Assembly (NCBI GenBank): GCA_030530315.1 | Contig: JAUMVG010000003.1 | Span: forward strand, 62,495 to 126,494 | Reading direction: 5' to 3' | DNA: 64,000 bases | Source: Clostridia bacterium | GTDB taxonomy: Bacteria; Bacillota; Clostridia; Christensenellales; Aristaeellaceae | In this document: piece by piece, positions 28,704 through 37,460 of the stretch | Layout: the number at the start of each line of letters is the position of its first letter | How positions within the stretch are numbered: the first letter of the stretch is position 1 | Notes under the pieces: generated by a model | Database searches by the model: none | What the model was told of the DNA's origin: nothing | What the model saw: only the letters and a program-made list of their open reading frames with translations | Position numbers and translations under genes: made by a program

Positions 28704-29421
28704 TCACGTTGACCAACGCCGCGCCTCCGGGGCGCGGGCACAGGCTGCGGGAAGGACCCCGGTTTCCCGGAATTCGACTCCTGCCGCCGGATTGAGGACC
28801 ATAACTCGCGCTTCCGGCAGCTTTGCGGCGGCGCGCGCCCAGGCCCCCGCCCGGACTTCCCCGGCGCGAACTTCTGCCCAAAGCGCAGCGCGCTCCGGCG
28901 CAAGGCCCGCCCCGGCCCCTGGCTGGAAGGGCTGGCTGGCCGACCCCGACCACCGCTATTCCGCCATCCGCTGGGCGCTGCTGGCCGCGCTGGTCGTCTA
29001 CACGCTGCTGGTGGTGCGCTCCACCACGGCGAGGAACGTGGACTTTAACGAGCTCGCCGCCGCCATGTCCGCTGCACCGGGCGTCAGCGAGCTGGAGGCC
29101 ATCGACGCCAACGGCTTCCAGGACCGGCTGGGCATCGCGCCGGAGGACTGCGAGGGCTGGCTGCTGTACGGCTCCGGCGACATCATGAACGTGTCCGAGC
29201 TGATGGTCGTCAAGGCCACGGACGAGGACGCACGGGAGCGCTTCGAGAGCGCCTGTGCCGCCCGGGTGGAGGCCCAGCTGAACATCTTCCGCAGCTACGG
29301 CGTCGACCAGAAGGACCTGCTGGAGGACGCCATACTCTGGCAGCGGGGCAGCTATGTGTTCTATGGCGTATCGGAGAACGCGGACGCGTGGGAGGAGCTC
29401 TTCCTCTCCCGCATACGATAG
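28693..29421 (+). CDS. DUF4358-like protein with Arg/Ala-rich N-terminal tail and one TM
   Basis: C-terminal region EDCEGWLLYGSGDIMNVSELMVVKA...LWQRGSYVFYGVS resembles DUF4358; 11-nt overlap with the upstream gene. Confidence 0.55.
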   Translation: MNSNHVDQRRASGARAQAAGRTPVSRNSTPAAGLRTITRASGSFAAARAQAPARTSPARTSAQSAARSGARPAPAPGWKGWLADPDHRYSAIRWALLAALVVYTLLVVRSTTARNVDFNELAAAMSAAPGVSELEAIDANGFQDRLGIAPEDCEGWLLYGSGDIMNVSELMVVKATDEDARERFESACAARVEAQLNIFRSYGVDQKDLLEDAILWQRGSYVFYGVSENADAWEELFLSRIR

Positions 29422-29433
29422 AGGGGGCGGCCT

Positions 29434-30819
29434 ATGGTATTCAGCAGTCTGCACTTCCTCTTCATCTTCCTGCCGCTGGTGATGCTGCTGCACACGCTGC
29501 TGCCGAAGCGGCTGAAAAACCCGGTGCTCCTGGCGGCCAGCATCTATTTCTATGCCTGGGGCGAGCCCGTGTATGTGGGGCTGATGCTGTTCAACGTGGC
29601 CTTCAACTACCTGACGGGCCTGCAGCTCTCGGTGCGCCGCCGCCCCTCCGCCCGCCGCGCGGCCCTGGTCAGTGCCGTGGCCGTGAACCTGGCGGTGCTG
29701 GGCTTCTTCAAGTACGCCGGCTTCCTCGTCGACACCCTCAACGGCCTGCTGGGGCTCCACCTGGCCCGGAGGGAGCTGCCCCTGCCCATCGGCATCTCCT
29801 TCTACACCTTCCAGGCCCTGTCCTACGTCATCGACGTCTACCGTGGCAAGGCAAGGCCCCAGAAGCGCCTCGTCTCCTTCGCGGTATACATCACCATGTT
29901 CCCCCAGCTGGTGGCGGGCCCCATCGTCAAGTACACGGACATCGAGTCCCAGCTGGACGACCGCGGCGCCTCCCTCGCCCAGGTGGGTCAGGGCCTGGAG
30001 CGGGTGATCCTGGGCCTGTCCAAAAAGGTACTGCTGGCCAACAACCTGGGCCTGCTGTACGAGACGATCCAGGCGGCCCCCGCCCGTTCGGTGCTGACGG
30101 CCTGGCTGGGCGCGGCGGCCTACGCGCTGCAGATCTATTTCGACTTCAGCGGCTATTCGGACATGGCCATCGGCATGGGCCGCATGCTGGGGTTCACGTT
30201 CCTGGAGAACTTCGACTACCCCTACCTGTCCCGCAGCGTCACGGAGTTCTGGCGGCGCTGGCACATCTCCCTGTCCGGCTGGTTCCGGGACTACGTCTAC
30301 ATCCCCCTGGGCGGCAACCGGGTCGGCGCGGGGCGGCACATGCTGAACCTGCTGGCGGTGTGGCTGCTGACGGGCCTGTGGCACGGCGCGAGCTGGAACT
30401 TCGTGCTGTGGGGCCTGTACTACGGCCTGCTGCTGATCCTGGAGAAGTACGCCACCGGCGCGCTGCTGGAGCGCCTGCCCGCCTGGGCCTCCAGGGCCTG
30501 CACGCTGCTGCTGGTGACCCTCGGCTGGGTCATCTTCAGCAACACCGACTTCGCCGCCATGGGCCGCTACATGGGCAGCCTGTTTGGCGTCGGCAGCGCG
30601 GGCTTCGCGGACGCGGCCTTCCTGTATCACCTGAGAAGCAGCCTGGTGCTGCTGATCCTGTCCGTCGCCTGCTGCGGCCAGGGCCTGCGCAAGTGGCAGG
30701 TCCGGCTGAGCGCCACCGTTCCCATAGCGGGCCTGGCGCTGAACGCCGCGCTGCTGCTGGCCTGCGTGGCCTTCCTGGTGTACGGCTCCTACAACCCCTT
30801 CCTCTACTTCCGGTTCTGA
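29434..30819 (+). CDS. MBOAT family O-acyltransferase (AlgI/DltB/PatA-like)
   Basis: 461 aa polytopic; FWRRWHISLSGWFRDYVYIPLGGNR with the conserved His. Confidence 0.9.
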   Translation: MVFSSLHFLFIFLPLVMLLHTLLPKRLKNPVLLAASIYFYAWGEPVYVGLMLFNVAFNYLTGLQLSVRRRPSARRAALVSAVAVNLAVLGFFKYAGFLVDTLNGLLGLHLARRELPLPIGISFYTFQALSYVIDVYRGKARPQKRLVSFAVYITMFPQLVAGPIVKYTDIESQLDDRGASLAQVGQGLERVILGLSKKVLLANNLGLLYETIQAAPARSVLTAWLGAAAYALQIYFDFSGYSDMAIGMGRMLGFTFLENFDYPYLSRSVTEFWRRWHISLSGWFRDYVYIPLGGNRVGAGRHMLNLLAVWLLTGLWHGASWNFVLWGLYYGLLLILEKYATGALLERLPAWASRACTLLLVTLGWVIFSNTDFAAMGRYMGSLFGVGSAGFADAAFLYHLRSSLVLLILSVACCGQGLRKWQVRLSATVPIAGLALNAALLLACVAFLVYGSYNPFLYFRF

Positions 30820-30829
30820 GGGACGTTCC

Positions 30830-31972
30830 ATGAAGAAAAAGCGACTGTTTTTCCTGCGGGCCACGGCCCTGCTGGTCCTCGCGCTGGTGCTGGCGCTGGA
30901 CGCCGCCTTCCTGCTGACGAAGGACCGCGCCTTCTCCCCCACGGAGAACCGCAGCCTCCAGCAGCGGCCGGTTCTGACGCTGGCGAGCGCGCTGTCCGGC
31001 CGGTACGAGGCCCGCTATGACGACTACATCAGCGACCAGTTTCCCTTCCGGGACGGCTGGGTGGCACTGAAGTCCGCCATGGACCGCCTGGCCGGGCGCA
31101 CGGAGTCCGGCGGCGTGTTCCTGGGCCGGGACGGCAGCCTGATCCAGGATTTCGCCGAGCCCACCGAGGACAGCTACGCCCAAACCCTCGCCGCCCTGCG
31201 GGGCTTTCTGAGCCGCCACGGCGACCTGAGCCAGTACGTGATGGTCGTTCCCACGGCGCTGACCGCGCGCGCAAAGGCGCTGCCCGCCTTCGCCGTCCAC
31301 GGGGACGAGTCCGGCTACCTGGACCGGCTGGCCCGGGACCTGGTGGATACCCCCGCCCGGTGGATCGACCTGCGGCCCGCCTTTTCCGCCTCCGAAGCGC
31401 AGCTCTACTACCGCACCGACCACCACTGGACCACCGACGGGGCCTACGCCGCCTATCTGGAGCTCTCGAAAGCCGCGAACCTCTCCGGCGCGGCCACGAC
31501 CTATGAACGCCGGCTGCTCTCCAACGCCTTCAGCGGCACTCTCACCGCCGCCAGCGGCTTCCGGACCGGCCAGCGGGACGACCTGTACGCCTACCTGCCG
31601 CCGGACGACGGCGTGCAGACCGTGGTGACCTACGTGGGCGAGAACGTCCGGAGCGCCTCCCTCTACCGCGCGGAGCACCTGGACACCCGGGACCAGTACG
31701 CCGTCTTTCTGGACGGCAACCACCCGGAGATCAAGATCGAGACCAACGTGGACAACGGGCGGACGCTGCTGGTCCTCAAGGACTCCTACGCCAACTGCTT
31801 CATCCCCTTTTTGACCCGGGACTACGGCAAGATCATCGTCGTCGACCCCCGCTACTTCACCGGGGACCTGGAGGTGCTGATGGCCGCCGAGGGCGTCACC
31901 GAGACGCTGATCCTCTACAACGCCACCACCCTCGCCGCCGACCAGGCCCTGCGCCTGGACATCGCGGAATAG
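30830..31972 (+). CDS. DHHW family protein (AlgJ/AlgX/PatB-like)
   Basis: N-terminal TM and YYRTDHHWTTDGAYAAY motif. Confidence 0.8.
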   Translation: MKKKRLFFLRATALLVLALVLALDAAFLLTKDRAFSPTENRSLQQRPVLTLASALSGRYEARYDDYISDQFPFRDGWVALKSAMDRLAGRTESGGVFLGRDGSLIQDFAEPTEDSYAQTLAALRGFLSRHGDLSQYVMVVPTALTARAKALPAFAVHGDESGYLDRLARDLVDTPARWIDLRPAFSASEAQLYYRTDHHWTTDGAYAAYLELSKAANLSGAATTYERRLLSNAFSGTLTAASGFRTGQRDDLYAYLPPDDGVQTVVTYVGENVRSASLYRAEHLDTRDQYAVFLDGNHPEIKIETNVDNGRTLLVLKDSYANCFIPFLTRDYGKIIVVDPRYFTGDLEVLMAAEGVTETLILYNATTLAADQALRLDIAE

Positions 31973-32004
31973 GCCGGAGGGAGGCCTTACAGTATCCATA
32001 TAAT

Positions 32005-32037
32005 AAGCACCATGTCGGCAAGTCCGACATGGTGCTT
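32005..32037. terminator. Bidirectional hairpin between convergent genes
   Basis: 14-bp stem AAGCACCATGTCGG / CCGACATGGTGCTT with 5-nt loop. Confidence 0.7.
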
Positions 32038-32067
32038 GGTCGTTCTTCAAGGGTTTTCACACGGGTC

Positions 32068-33834
32068 CTATTCCTTCACCAGCGCGATGGTCACCTCTCC
32101 CCCGCCGGGTTCGGCGAGATACTCCTGTTCGGCGTCGAAGGCGTAGCCCTCAGGGGCCTGGATCACCTGAATGTGATAGGCCAGCGCCTCGCCCTCGAAT
32201 TCGGCGATGCCCTCGCCGTCGCCGTAGACGGCGGTGCATGTCGCGTCGGTGCAGAAGGTGACCACGCAGTCCGGCACGGGATCGCCGTTCTGGTCCACGA
32301 ACAGCACCCTGTACAAAGCGGTCCCGTCGGCCGAAACCACCGCGTCGCTCCCGGCGGGCACCGCCTCGCTCCAATGCACCTCATAGCCGTAGGAGGCCAG
32401 GTAGTCGACGAAGGCGTCCACGCCCTCCTCGCCCTTGAAGAGCAGCGCGCCGCGCACGTCCTCGCTGCTGAGGACCTCCGGATCGGCATAGACGTACAGG
32501 AAGGTGTAGTCCCAGTCCCCGTCCCCCATCGACAGCGCCGTCTCGTAGCCGCTGCCGTCGGCCTTGAGCAGATCCGAAACCGGCACGAAGCCGCTGCCCA
32601 GGTCAAATCGGAGGAAGGCGACGTCCGGGTCGATGTCCGGCGTCAGGGTCACGGACGCCTCGACGGAAGCGCCGTCGACGATCCAATACTGGTCCAGGGC
32701 AAAGCTGCGGGTCAGCACGTCCGTCGGGTCGTCGAAGGCGACCGCCCGGAGCCCATCCCCGGCCAGGTCGAGGACAAAGCGCTCCCCGGTGGGACGGGCG
32801 GGCAGCGCCGCCAGCGCCGCCGCGGCGTCCTCGCCGCGAGCCAGGCGCACGCCGCTGATCCAGGCCGCGTCCTCGCCGTCGCGGGTATAGTCGTCCTTCT
32901 CATAGCCCAGGGCGATCTCGTGGGTGCCCGCCGACAGCGGCACGGCCCACGGAGTCCAGTCCCGCGTGCCGGGGAAGCGCTTCTTCACCTCGCCGTCCAC
33001 GGACACGAACATGCCGTCGAAGATCGCCTCTGCGGAGGTGCGCACCTCGAACACCAGGGCGTCCCCCTCCTGTGCCTCCACCGTGGCGAGCACCTCGGCC
33101 ACGGTGCTGTCGGCGCCGGCGTTGGTGGAAACCAGGGCCCTGCGCCCGTCGATCTCCACGGGCTGCATGAGCCAGAAGCGAGCGTCCTCCGGGTTGCGGA
33201 ACGCGATGTCGCTGCCCTCGGTGTTGACCGCCGCGCTCAGCGCCTCGGCGCTCGCGCCGCCGTCCCCGGGCCGCAGGGTCGGGAAGCCCGTCAGCGGCGT
33301 GGTCTCGGTGTAGCTGTCGCTGAGGAAGAATTCAAACATCTGGGTGAAGGCCTCCGTGGACGACTGCGCGCCGATCTCCACGATGGCCACATTGCCGAAC
33401 CGGTCCACCACCACGGTGGTGGGGATGCCGGAGGTGACGTACCTGCGCGCGAGTCCCACGCCGCTGTCGCTGCCGATGGGAAAGGTCAGGCCATGCTCCT
33501 CGGCGAAGGCCTTCAGCTTCTCATCGTCGTCCGTCGGTTCCGTGGACAGGGCGATGACCGCCACGCGGTCGCTGTACTGCTCGTAGGCCTCCTGCAGATA
33601 GGGGAATTCCAGCACGCAGTAGGTGCACCAGGTGGCCCACAGGTTGACGACCACCAGGTCGTGGGTCTCGAGCGCCTCGGACAGCGTGAATTCGCCGCCG
33701 TCAATGGTCCGCGCGGTAAAGTCGTCCATGGGCCGGCCCAGTCCCTCCGCGGGCTCCGCCCACGCCGGCGCAGACAGCGCCGCCAGCAGGGCCAGCGCCA
33801 GGAACAGCGCCAGCCGTCGCTTCATTGATCTCAT
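32068..33834 (-). CDS. Secreted TlpA/thioredoxin-like redoxin with about 420-aa C-terminal extension
   Basis: Signal peptide ending SAPAWA; VVVNLWATWCTYC active site (CxxC); rest not recognised except a Cys-containing beta-sandwich-like C-terminus. Confidence 0.8.
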   Translation of the reverse strand: MRSMKRRLALFLALALLAALSAPAWAEPAEGLGRPMDDFTARTIDGGEFTLSEALETHDLVVVNLWATWCTYCVLEFPYLQEAYEQYSDRVAVIALSTEPTDDDEKLKAFAEEHGLTFPIGSDSGVGLARRYVTSGIPTTVVVDRFGNVAIVEIGAQSSTEAFTQMFEFFLSDSYTETTPLTGFPTLRPGDGGASAEALSAAVNTEGSDIAFRNPEDARFWLMQPVEIDGRRALVSTNAGADSTVAEVLATVEAQEGDALVFEVRTSAEAIFDGMFVSVDGEVKKRFPGTRDWTPWAVPLSAGTHEIALGYEKDDYTRDGEDAAWISGVRLARGEDAAAALAALPARPTGERFVLDLAGDGLRAVAFDDPTDVLTRSFALDQYWIVDGASVEASVTLTPDIDPDVAFLRFDLGSGFVPVSDLLKADGSGYETALSMGDGDWDYTFLYVYADPEVLSSEDVRGALLFKGEEGVDAFVDYLASYGYEVHWSEAVPAGSDAVVSADGTALYRVLFVDQNGDPVPDCVVTFCTDATCTAVYGDGEGIAEFEGEALAYHIQVIQAPEGYAFDAEQEYLAEPGGGEVTIALVKE

Positions 33835-33893
33835 TTTTCTGTGACTCCCTCTCCGGCCTCGCGCCGGGGTCGTTCCTCAATGGGGGTCGTGTG

Positions 33894-34181
33894 TCAATAG
33901 TGATCGAAGGTGGCCCTGCGAACGACCTTCTTCTCCAGGTCCCCGTTCAGCTTCTCCACCAGCGGGTGGGTCCTGTAGGCCTGCAGCTGCTCCTCGCTGT
34001 CCAGCTCCATCTCGGCCATCAAATCGAAGTCAGAATCCGTCTCCATGCAGCTGCGGCGGATGACCGGGCGGTTCATCCAGTCCAGCTCGTCGTCCAGCTT
34101 CTGGAACACCTTCCAGATCTTTTCCTGTACCTTGATGGGGTCCACGCCCTCGGCCACCTTCAGCAATACGCAGTGCTTCAT
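33894..34181 (-). CDS. Dabb (stress-responsive alpha/beta barrel) family protein
   Basis: 95 aa, MKHCVLLKV...FDHY pattern; GGAGGG RBS before ATG 34181. Confidence 0.6.
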   Translation of the reverse strand: MKHCVLLKVAEGVDPIKVQEKIWKVFQKLDDELDWMNRPVIRRSCMETDSDFDLMAEMELDSEEQLQAYRTHPLVEKLNGDLEKKVVRRATFDHY

Positions 34182-34272
34182 AGCAAACCCTCCATTCGCC
34201 CGAACTGAGCCGTCGTATTCTGGACGCAAAAAGCGCCCGCTGCCATCATTATAGCATCGAGCGCCTTCGACG

Positions 34273-34989
34273 TCAAACCGTCAATTCTCCCATCACCTTC
34301 GCCACGTCCTCCCGAAGCACCAGGTCGGCACGGCCGTCCGCGGGGGTGGGCTCGGCGTTGATCACCACCAGTCGCTTGCCGTGGAAGTAGCCCAGGAAGG
34401 AAGCGGCGGGCTCCACCGACAGGGAAGTGCCCGCCACGATCAGCGTGTCGCAGTTCGAGATCTCCCGGCAGGCCCCCATGCAGGTGTACTTGTCCGGGGC
34501 CTCCCCGTAGAGCACCACCCAGGGCTTCACCACGCCGCCGCAGCGGTCGCACCGGGGAATGCCCTCGGAGGTCAGCACCTTTTCCAGACCGTAGAAGGCG
34601 TTGCAGTCCATGCAGTAGTTCTCGTGCACGCTGCCGTGGATCTCGTACACCCGGCAGTTCCCGGCGGCCTTGTGAAGCCCGTCGATGTTCTGGGTCACGA
34701 TGCCCCGCAGCCTGTCCGCCCGCTCCAGCTCAAACAGCTTCCTGTGGGCGGCGTTGGGAAGCGCCTCAGGGTGGAGCATGAACTGCCGATAGAAGCGGAA
34801 GAAGCGCTCCGGCTCCATGTAGAAGAAAGAAGCGCTCAGCGCCATCTCCGGCGTCAGGCCCTCCCATTCCTGCCCGTACAGGCCGCCGGGACCGCGAAAG
34901 TCCGGGATGCCGCTGGCCGTGGACACCCCCGCGCCGCCGAAGAACACGATCCGCCGGGATTTGTCTATGATGCTCTGCAGTTCGGACAT
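34273..34989 (-). CDS. cobB: NAD-dependent protein deacylase (Sir2 family)
   Basis: FFGGAGVSTASGIPDFRGPGG; Zn ribbon CMDC...CDRCGG; ATG 34989 follows AAGGAGAGGG. Confidence 0.9.
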   Translation of the reverse strand: MSELQSIIDKSRRIVFFGGAGVSTASGIPDFRGPGGLYGQEWEGLTPEMALSASFFYMEPERFFRFYRQFMLHPEALPNAAHRKLFELERADRLRGIVTQNIDGLHKAAGNCRVYEIHGSVHENYCMDCNAFYGLEKVLTSEGIPRCDRCGGVVKPWVVLYGEAPDKYTCMGACREISNCDTLIVAGTSLSVEPAASFLGYFHGKRLVVINAEPTPADGRADLVLREDVAKVMGELTV

Positions 34990-35054
34990 GGCCCTCTCCT
35001 TCATATTTCACGCGCGGCCACACTTTATGCGCGGCCGCGCTTCAATCAGTTCGA

Positions 35055-36902
35055 TCAGTCGTAGATCTTCCTGCCGTGGGCATCCGGAACGCCGCTCATG
35101 CGATGGAAGAAGGTATTGATCACATCCCGCCACTCCCGGGCGTTGGCCTGCTGCATCGCCATGCGTTTCAGCGCCTCGTCCCGATCCGGCTGGGGCAGGT
35201 CGAGCCCCTCCAGGGTCCGGGCCATGGCGTCCACCTCTTCCGCGCCCTGGAAGTGGTCGTCGTAGACGCGCTGGATCAGCGTGCGCCCGTCGGACATTTT
35301 GTAGCCATAGGGCAGCCGATGAAAGAACAGCAGCAGCCGCTCGGGGCAGCTTGCGAGGTCCTCGAAGCCCGCCCGGATGCCATCCGGGTACTGGGCCGCG
35401 TAGCCGGTGCCCTTCGACGTGCGGTCGATGCCCACGGCGTCGCGGTCCGCGCGGTTGTAGGTGCCCCAGCTGTCGAACTCATACCCCATGGGGCTGGGGC
35501 CGTAGTGCAGGCCCGGGCGGACCATCCAGCAGAGGCCCAGCGGCGCGGTGTAGCGCTCGTAGGTCTCCCGGCTGGCCAGCAGCATGGCCGTCAGCGCGTC
35601 CTCCTGGTCCCTCGCCAGGGCGTAGGTCAGCCGGACCCAGCGGCGGATCACCCGCTCCGGATCCGCCCAGGGATCCCAGGCGTACTGCCCGAAGCCAAAC
35701 AGGTTCACCGCGGCGAAGGGATGACCGGTGTAGTTCCAGTCCCGTCCCAGGTTGCCCACCGCGGCCACGGCGTCCACCGTCTGCGGGGGCAACTGGTCCG
35801 CCAGCTCCCGCCACATGGGGTTCATGGCGTACAGGTCGATCTGGTGGCCGGTGTACTCCTGGGCCAGCTGCACCTCCATGGCCAGGCGGGTGTTCGGCAT
35901 GGCGTACAGCGTGGGCGACACGGGCTCCCGAACCTGGAAGTCGTAGGGTCCGTTCTTCACCTGCAGTATGACGTTGTCGTCAAACTGCCCGTCCAGCGGC
36001 GCGTAGGTCTCATAGGCCGCCATGGGCCGGTCGGTCTTCACGTCCCGCCAGTCCTGCTGGCAGTTGTACACGAAGGCGCGCCATACCAGCACGCCGCCGT
36101 GGGGCGCGATGGCCCGGGCCAGCATGTTCGCGCCCTCGGCGTGGCTGCGGCCATAGGTGAACGGGCCGGGGCGATGCTCGCTGTCCGCCTTCACCAGGAA
36201 GCCCGCGAGGTCGGGAACGGCCTGCCAGACCGCGTCGGCGCAGTCCCGCCACCAGCGCTGCACGCGCGCGTCCAGCGGGTCGGCGGTATCCAGACCGTGG
36301 GCCACGGGCCGGGCGAAGTCGATGGACACCATCAGACGCACGCCGTAGGGGCGGAACACCGCCGCCAGCCGCGCCAGGTCCGGCAGGTAGTCCTCGATGA
36401 GCAGGGCCGCCTCGTCCCGCACGTTCACGTTGTTGAGGCACAGCACGTTGATGCCCACGGAGGCCAGCGCCCGGGCCAGCTGGCGCACGCGCCCGTCGTC
36501 CCAGGCCATGCGGCCGCCCTCGAACCACAGGGACCGGCCGGAATAGCCCCGCTCGATGTCCCCGCTGGCGTCGTCCCAGCAGTTCAGCATGCGCAGGCCG
36601 TAGAAGGGTTTTTGCGCCCCCTCGGGAAGCGCCTCGCCGCAGGCCGCGGCCTCCAGCCAGGCATAGGCCCCGTACAGCAGGCCGGTGGGGCCGCCGACGA
36701 TCTCCGGGCCCGCCCCGCCCTCTCGGAAGGCGTAGGCCTCCCCCATGTCCGCGTCCTCGATCAGCGCCGGAACGGATGCACCCAGCGCCGCGCACCCGGC
36801 CTTCAATTCATATTCCGCCACGCTTCGCGGCGTATCGCACGCTGCCGGCGCAATCTCCCCCAGGCGGGGCAGCCACAACCGGCAAGTCTTTTCGCTCATC
36901 AT
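35055..36902 (-). CDS. Alpha-glucuronidase, GH67-like
   Basis: LNCWDDASGDIERGYSGRS, NNVNV, VKADSEHRPGP and KNGPYDFQVREP match GH67 signature regions as I recall them; ATG 36902 follows GAAAGGA. Confidence 0.8.
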   Translation of the reverse strand: MMSEKTCRLWLPRLGEIAPAACDTPRSVAEYELKAGCAALGASVPALIEDADMGEAYAFREGGAGPEIVGGPTGLLYGAYAWLEAAACGEALPEGAQKPFYGLRMLNCWDDASGDIERGYSGRSLWFEGGRMAWDDGRVRQLARALASVGINVLCLNNVNVRDEAALLIEDYLPDLARLAAVFRPYGVRLMVSIDFARPVAHGLDTADPLDARVQRWWRDCADAVWQAVPDLAGFLVKADSEHRPGPFTYGRSHAEGANMLARAIAPHGGVLVWRAFVYNCQQDWRDVKTDRPMAAYETYAPLDGQFDDNVILQVKNGPYDFQVREPVSPTLYAMPNTRLAMEVQLAQEYTGHQIDLYAMNPMWRELADQLPPQTVDAVAAVGNLGRDWNYTGHPFAAVNLFGFGQYAWDPWADPERVIRRWVRLTYALARDQEDALTAMLLASRETYERYTAPLGLCWMVRPGLHYGPSPMGYEFDSWGTYNRADRDAVGIDRTSKGTGYAAQYPDGIRAGFEDLASCPERLLLFFHRLPYGYKMSDGRTLIQRVYDDHFQGAEEVDAMARTLEGLDLPQPDRDEALKRMAMQQANAREWRDVINTFFHRMSGVPDAHGRKIYD

Positions 36903-36932
36903 GATCGTCCTTTCGGTCAAATTGGTATCTGT

Positions 36933-37460
36933 TCAACCCCCAAAGCCGTTGAACCAGGCCCGCTCCTCCAGGGGCTTCTTGCGGGGACGCCGGATCTCCT
37001 CCGCCGCGACGCCCACGGGCAGCACGCACACCAGCTTGTATTCGTCGGGCACGCCCAGCCGCGCGGCCAGCTTGCCGCCGAGGTCGTCCTCGTCGGTGAC
37101 GTGGCCCTCGAACCAGCAGCTCTGATAGCCCAGCTCCACGATGGCCAGCAGCATGTTCTGGATCGCGGCGCTGTAGTCCTGCACGTTGAACACCCGGTCC
37201 CGGTAGGCCACGATGGGCCGGGTCAGCACCAGGATCCAGGCCGGGGCGGTATCGCCGATGCGGGGCATCACCAGGGCCTTCAGCTCGTCCAGCAGCGTGG
37301 GATCGTCCACCGCTATGAAGGAAGTGGTCTGCTTGTTGCAGCCGGAGGGCGCGGCGCAGCCTGCCTCCAGTATGGCCCTCAGGTGCTCCCTCGGCACGGG
37401 ATCGCTCTTGTACGGGCCGCGGTAGCTCGCCCGCGCGGCAATGGTCTTAAGCGTATTCAT
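36933..37460 (-). CDS. Nitroreductase family protein
   Basis: 175 aa, RASYRGPY...APSGCNKQ pattern; start overlaps the GH2 stop in ATGA (37457-37460). Confidence 0.8.
   Translation of the reverse strand: MNTLKTIAARASYRGPYKSDPVPREHLRAILEAGCAAPSGCNKQTTSFIAVDDPTLLDELKALVMPRIGDTAPAWILVLTRPIVAYRDRVFNVQDYSAAIQNMLLAIVELGYQSCWFEGHVTDEDDLGGKLAARLGVPDEYKLVCVLPVGVAAEEIRRPRKKPLEERAWFNGFGG

Noticed and set aside
26500-32050. Minus-strand ORFs of 443, 267, 785 and 504 aa overlapping the U32 and O-acylation genes
   Set aside because: Same high-GC antisense artefact. The plus-strand genes carry the family motifs (Cys motif, GDS/GxND/DxxH, MBOAT His, DHHW).
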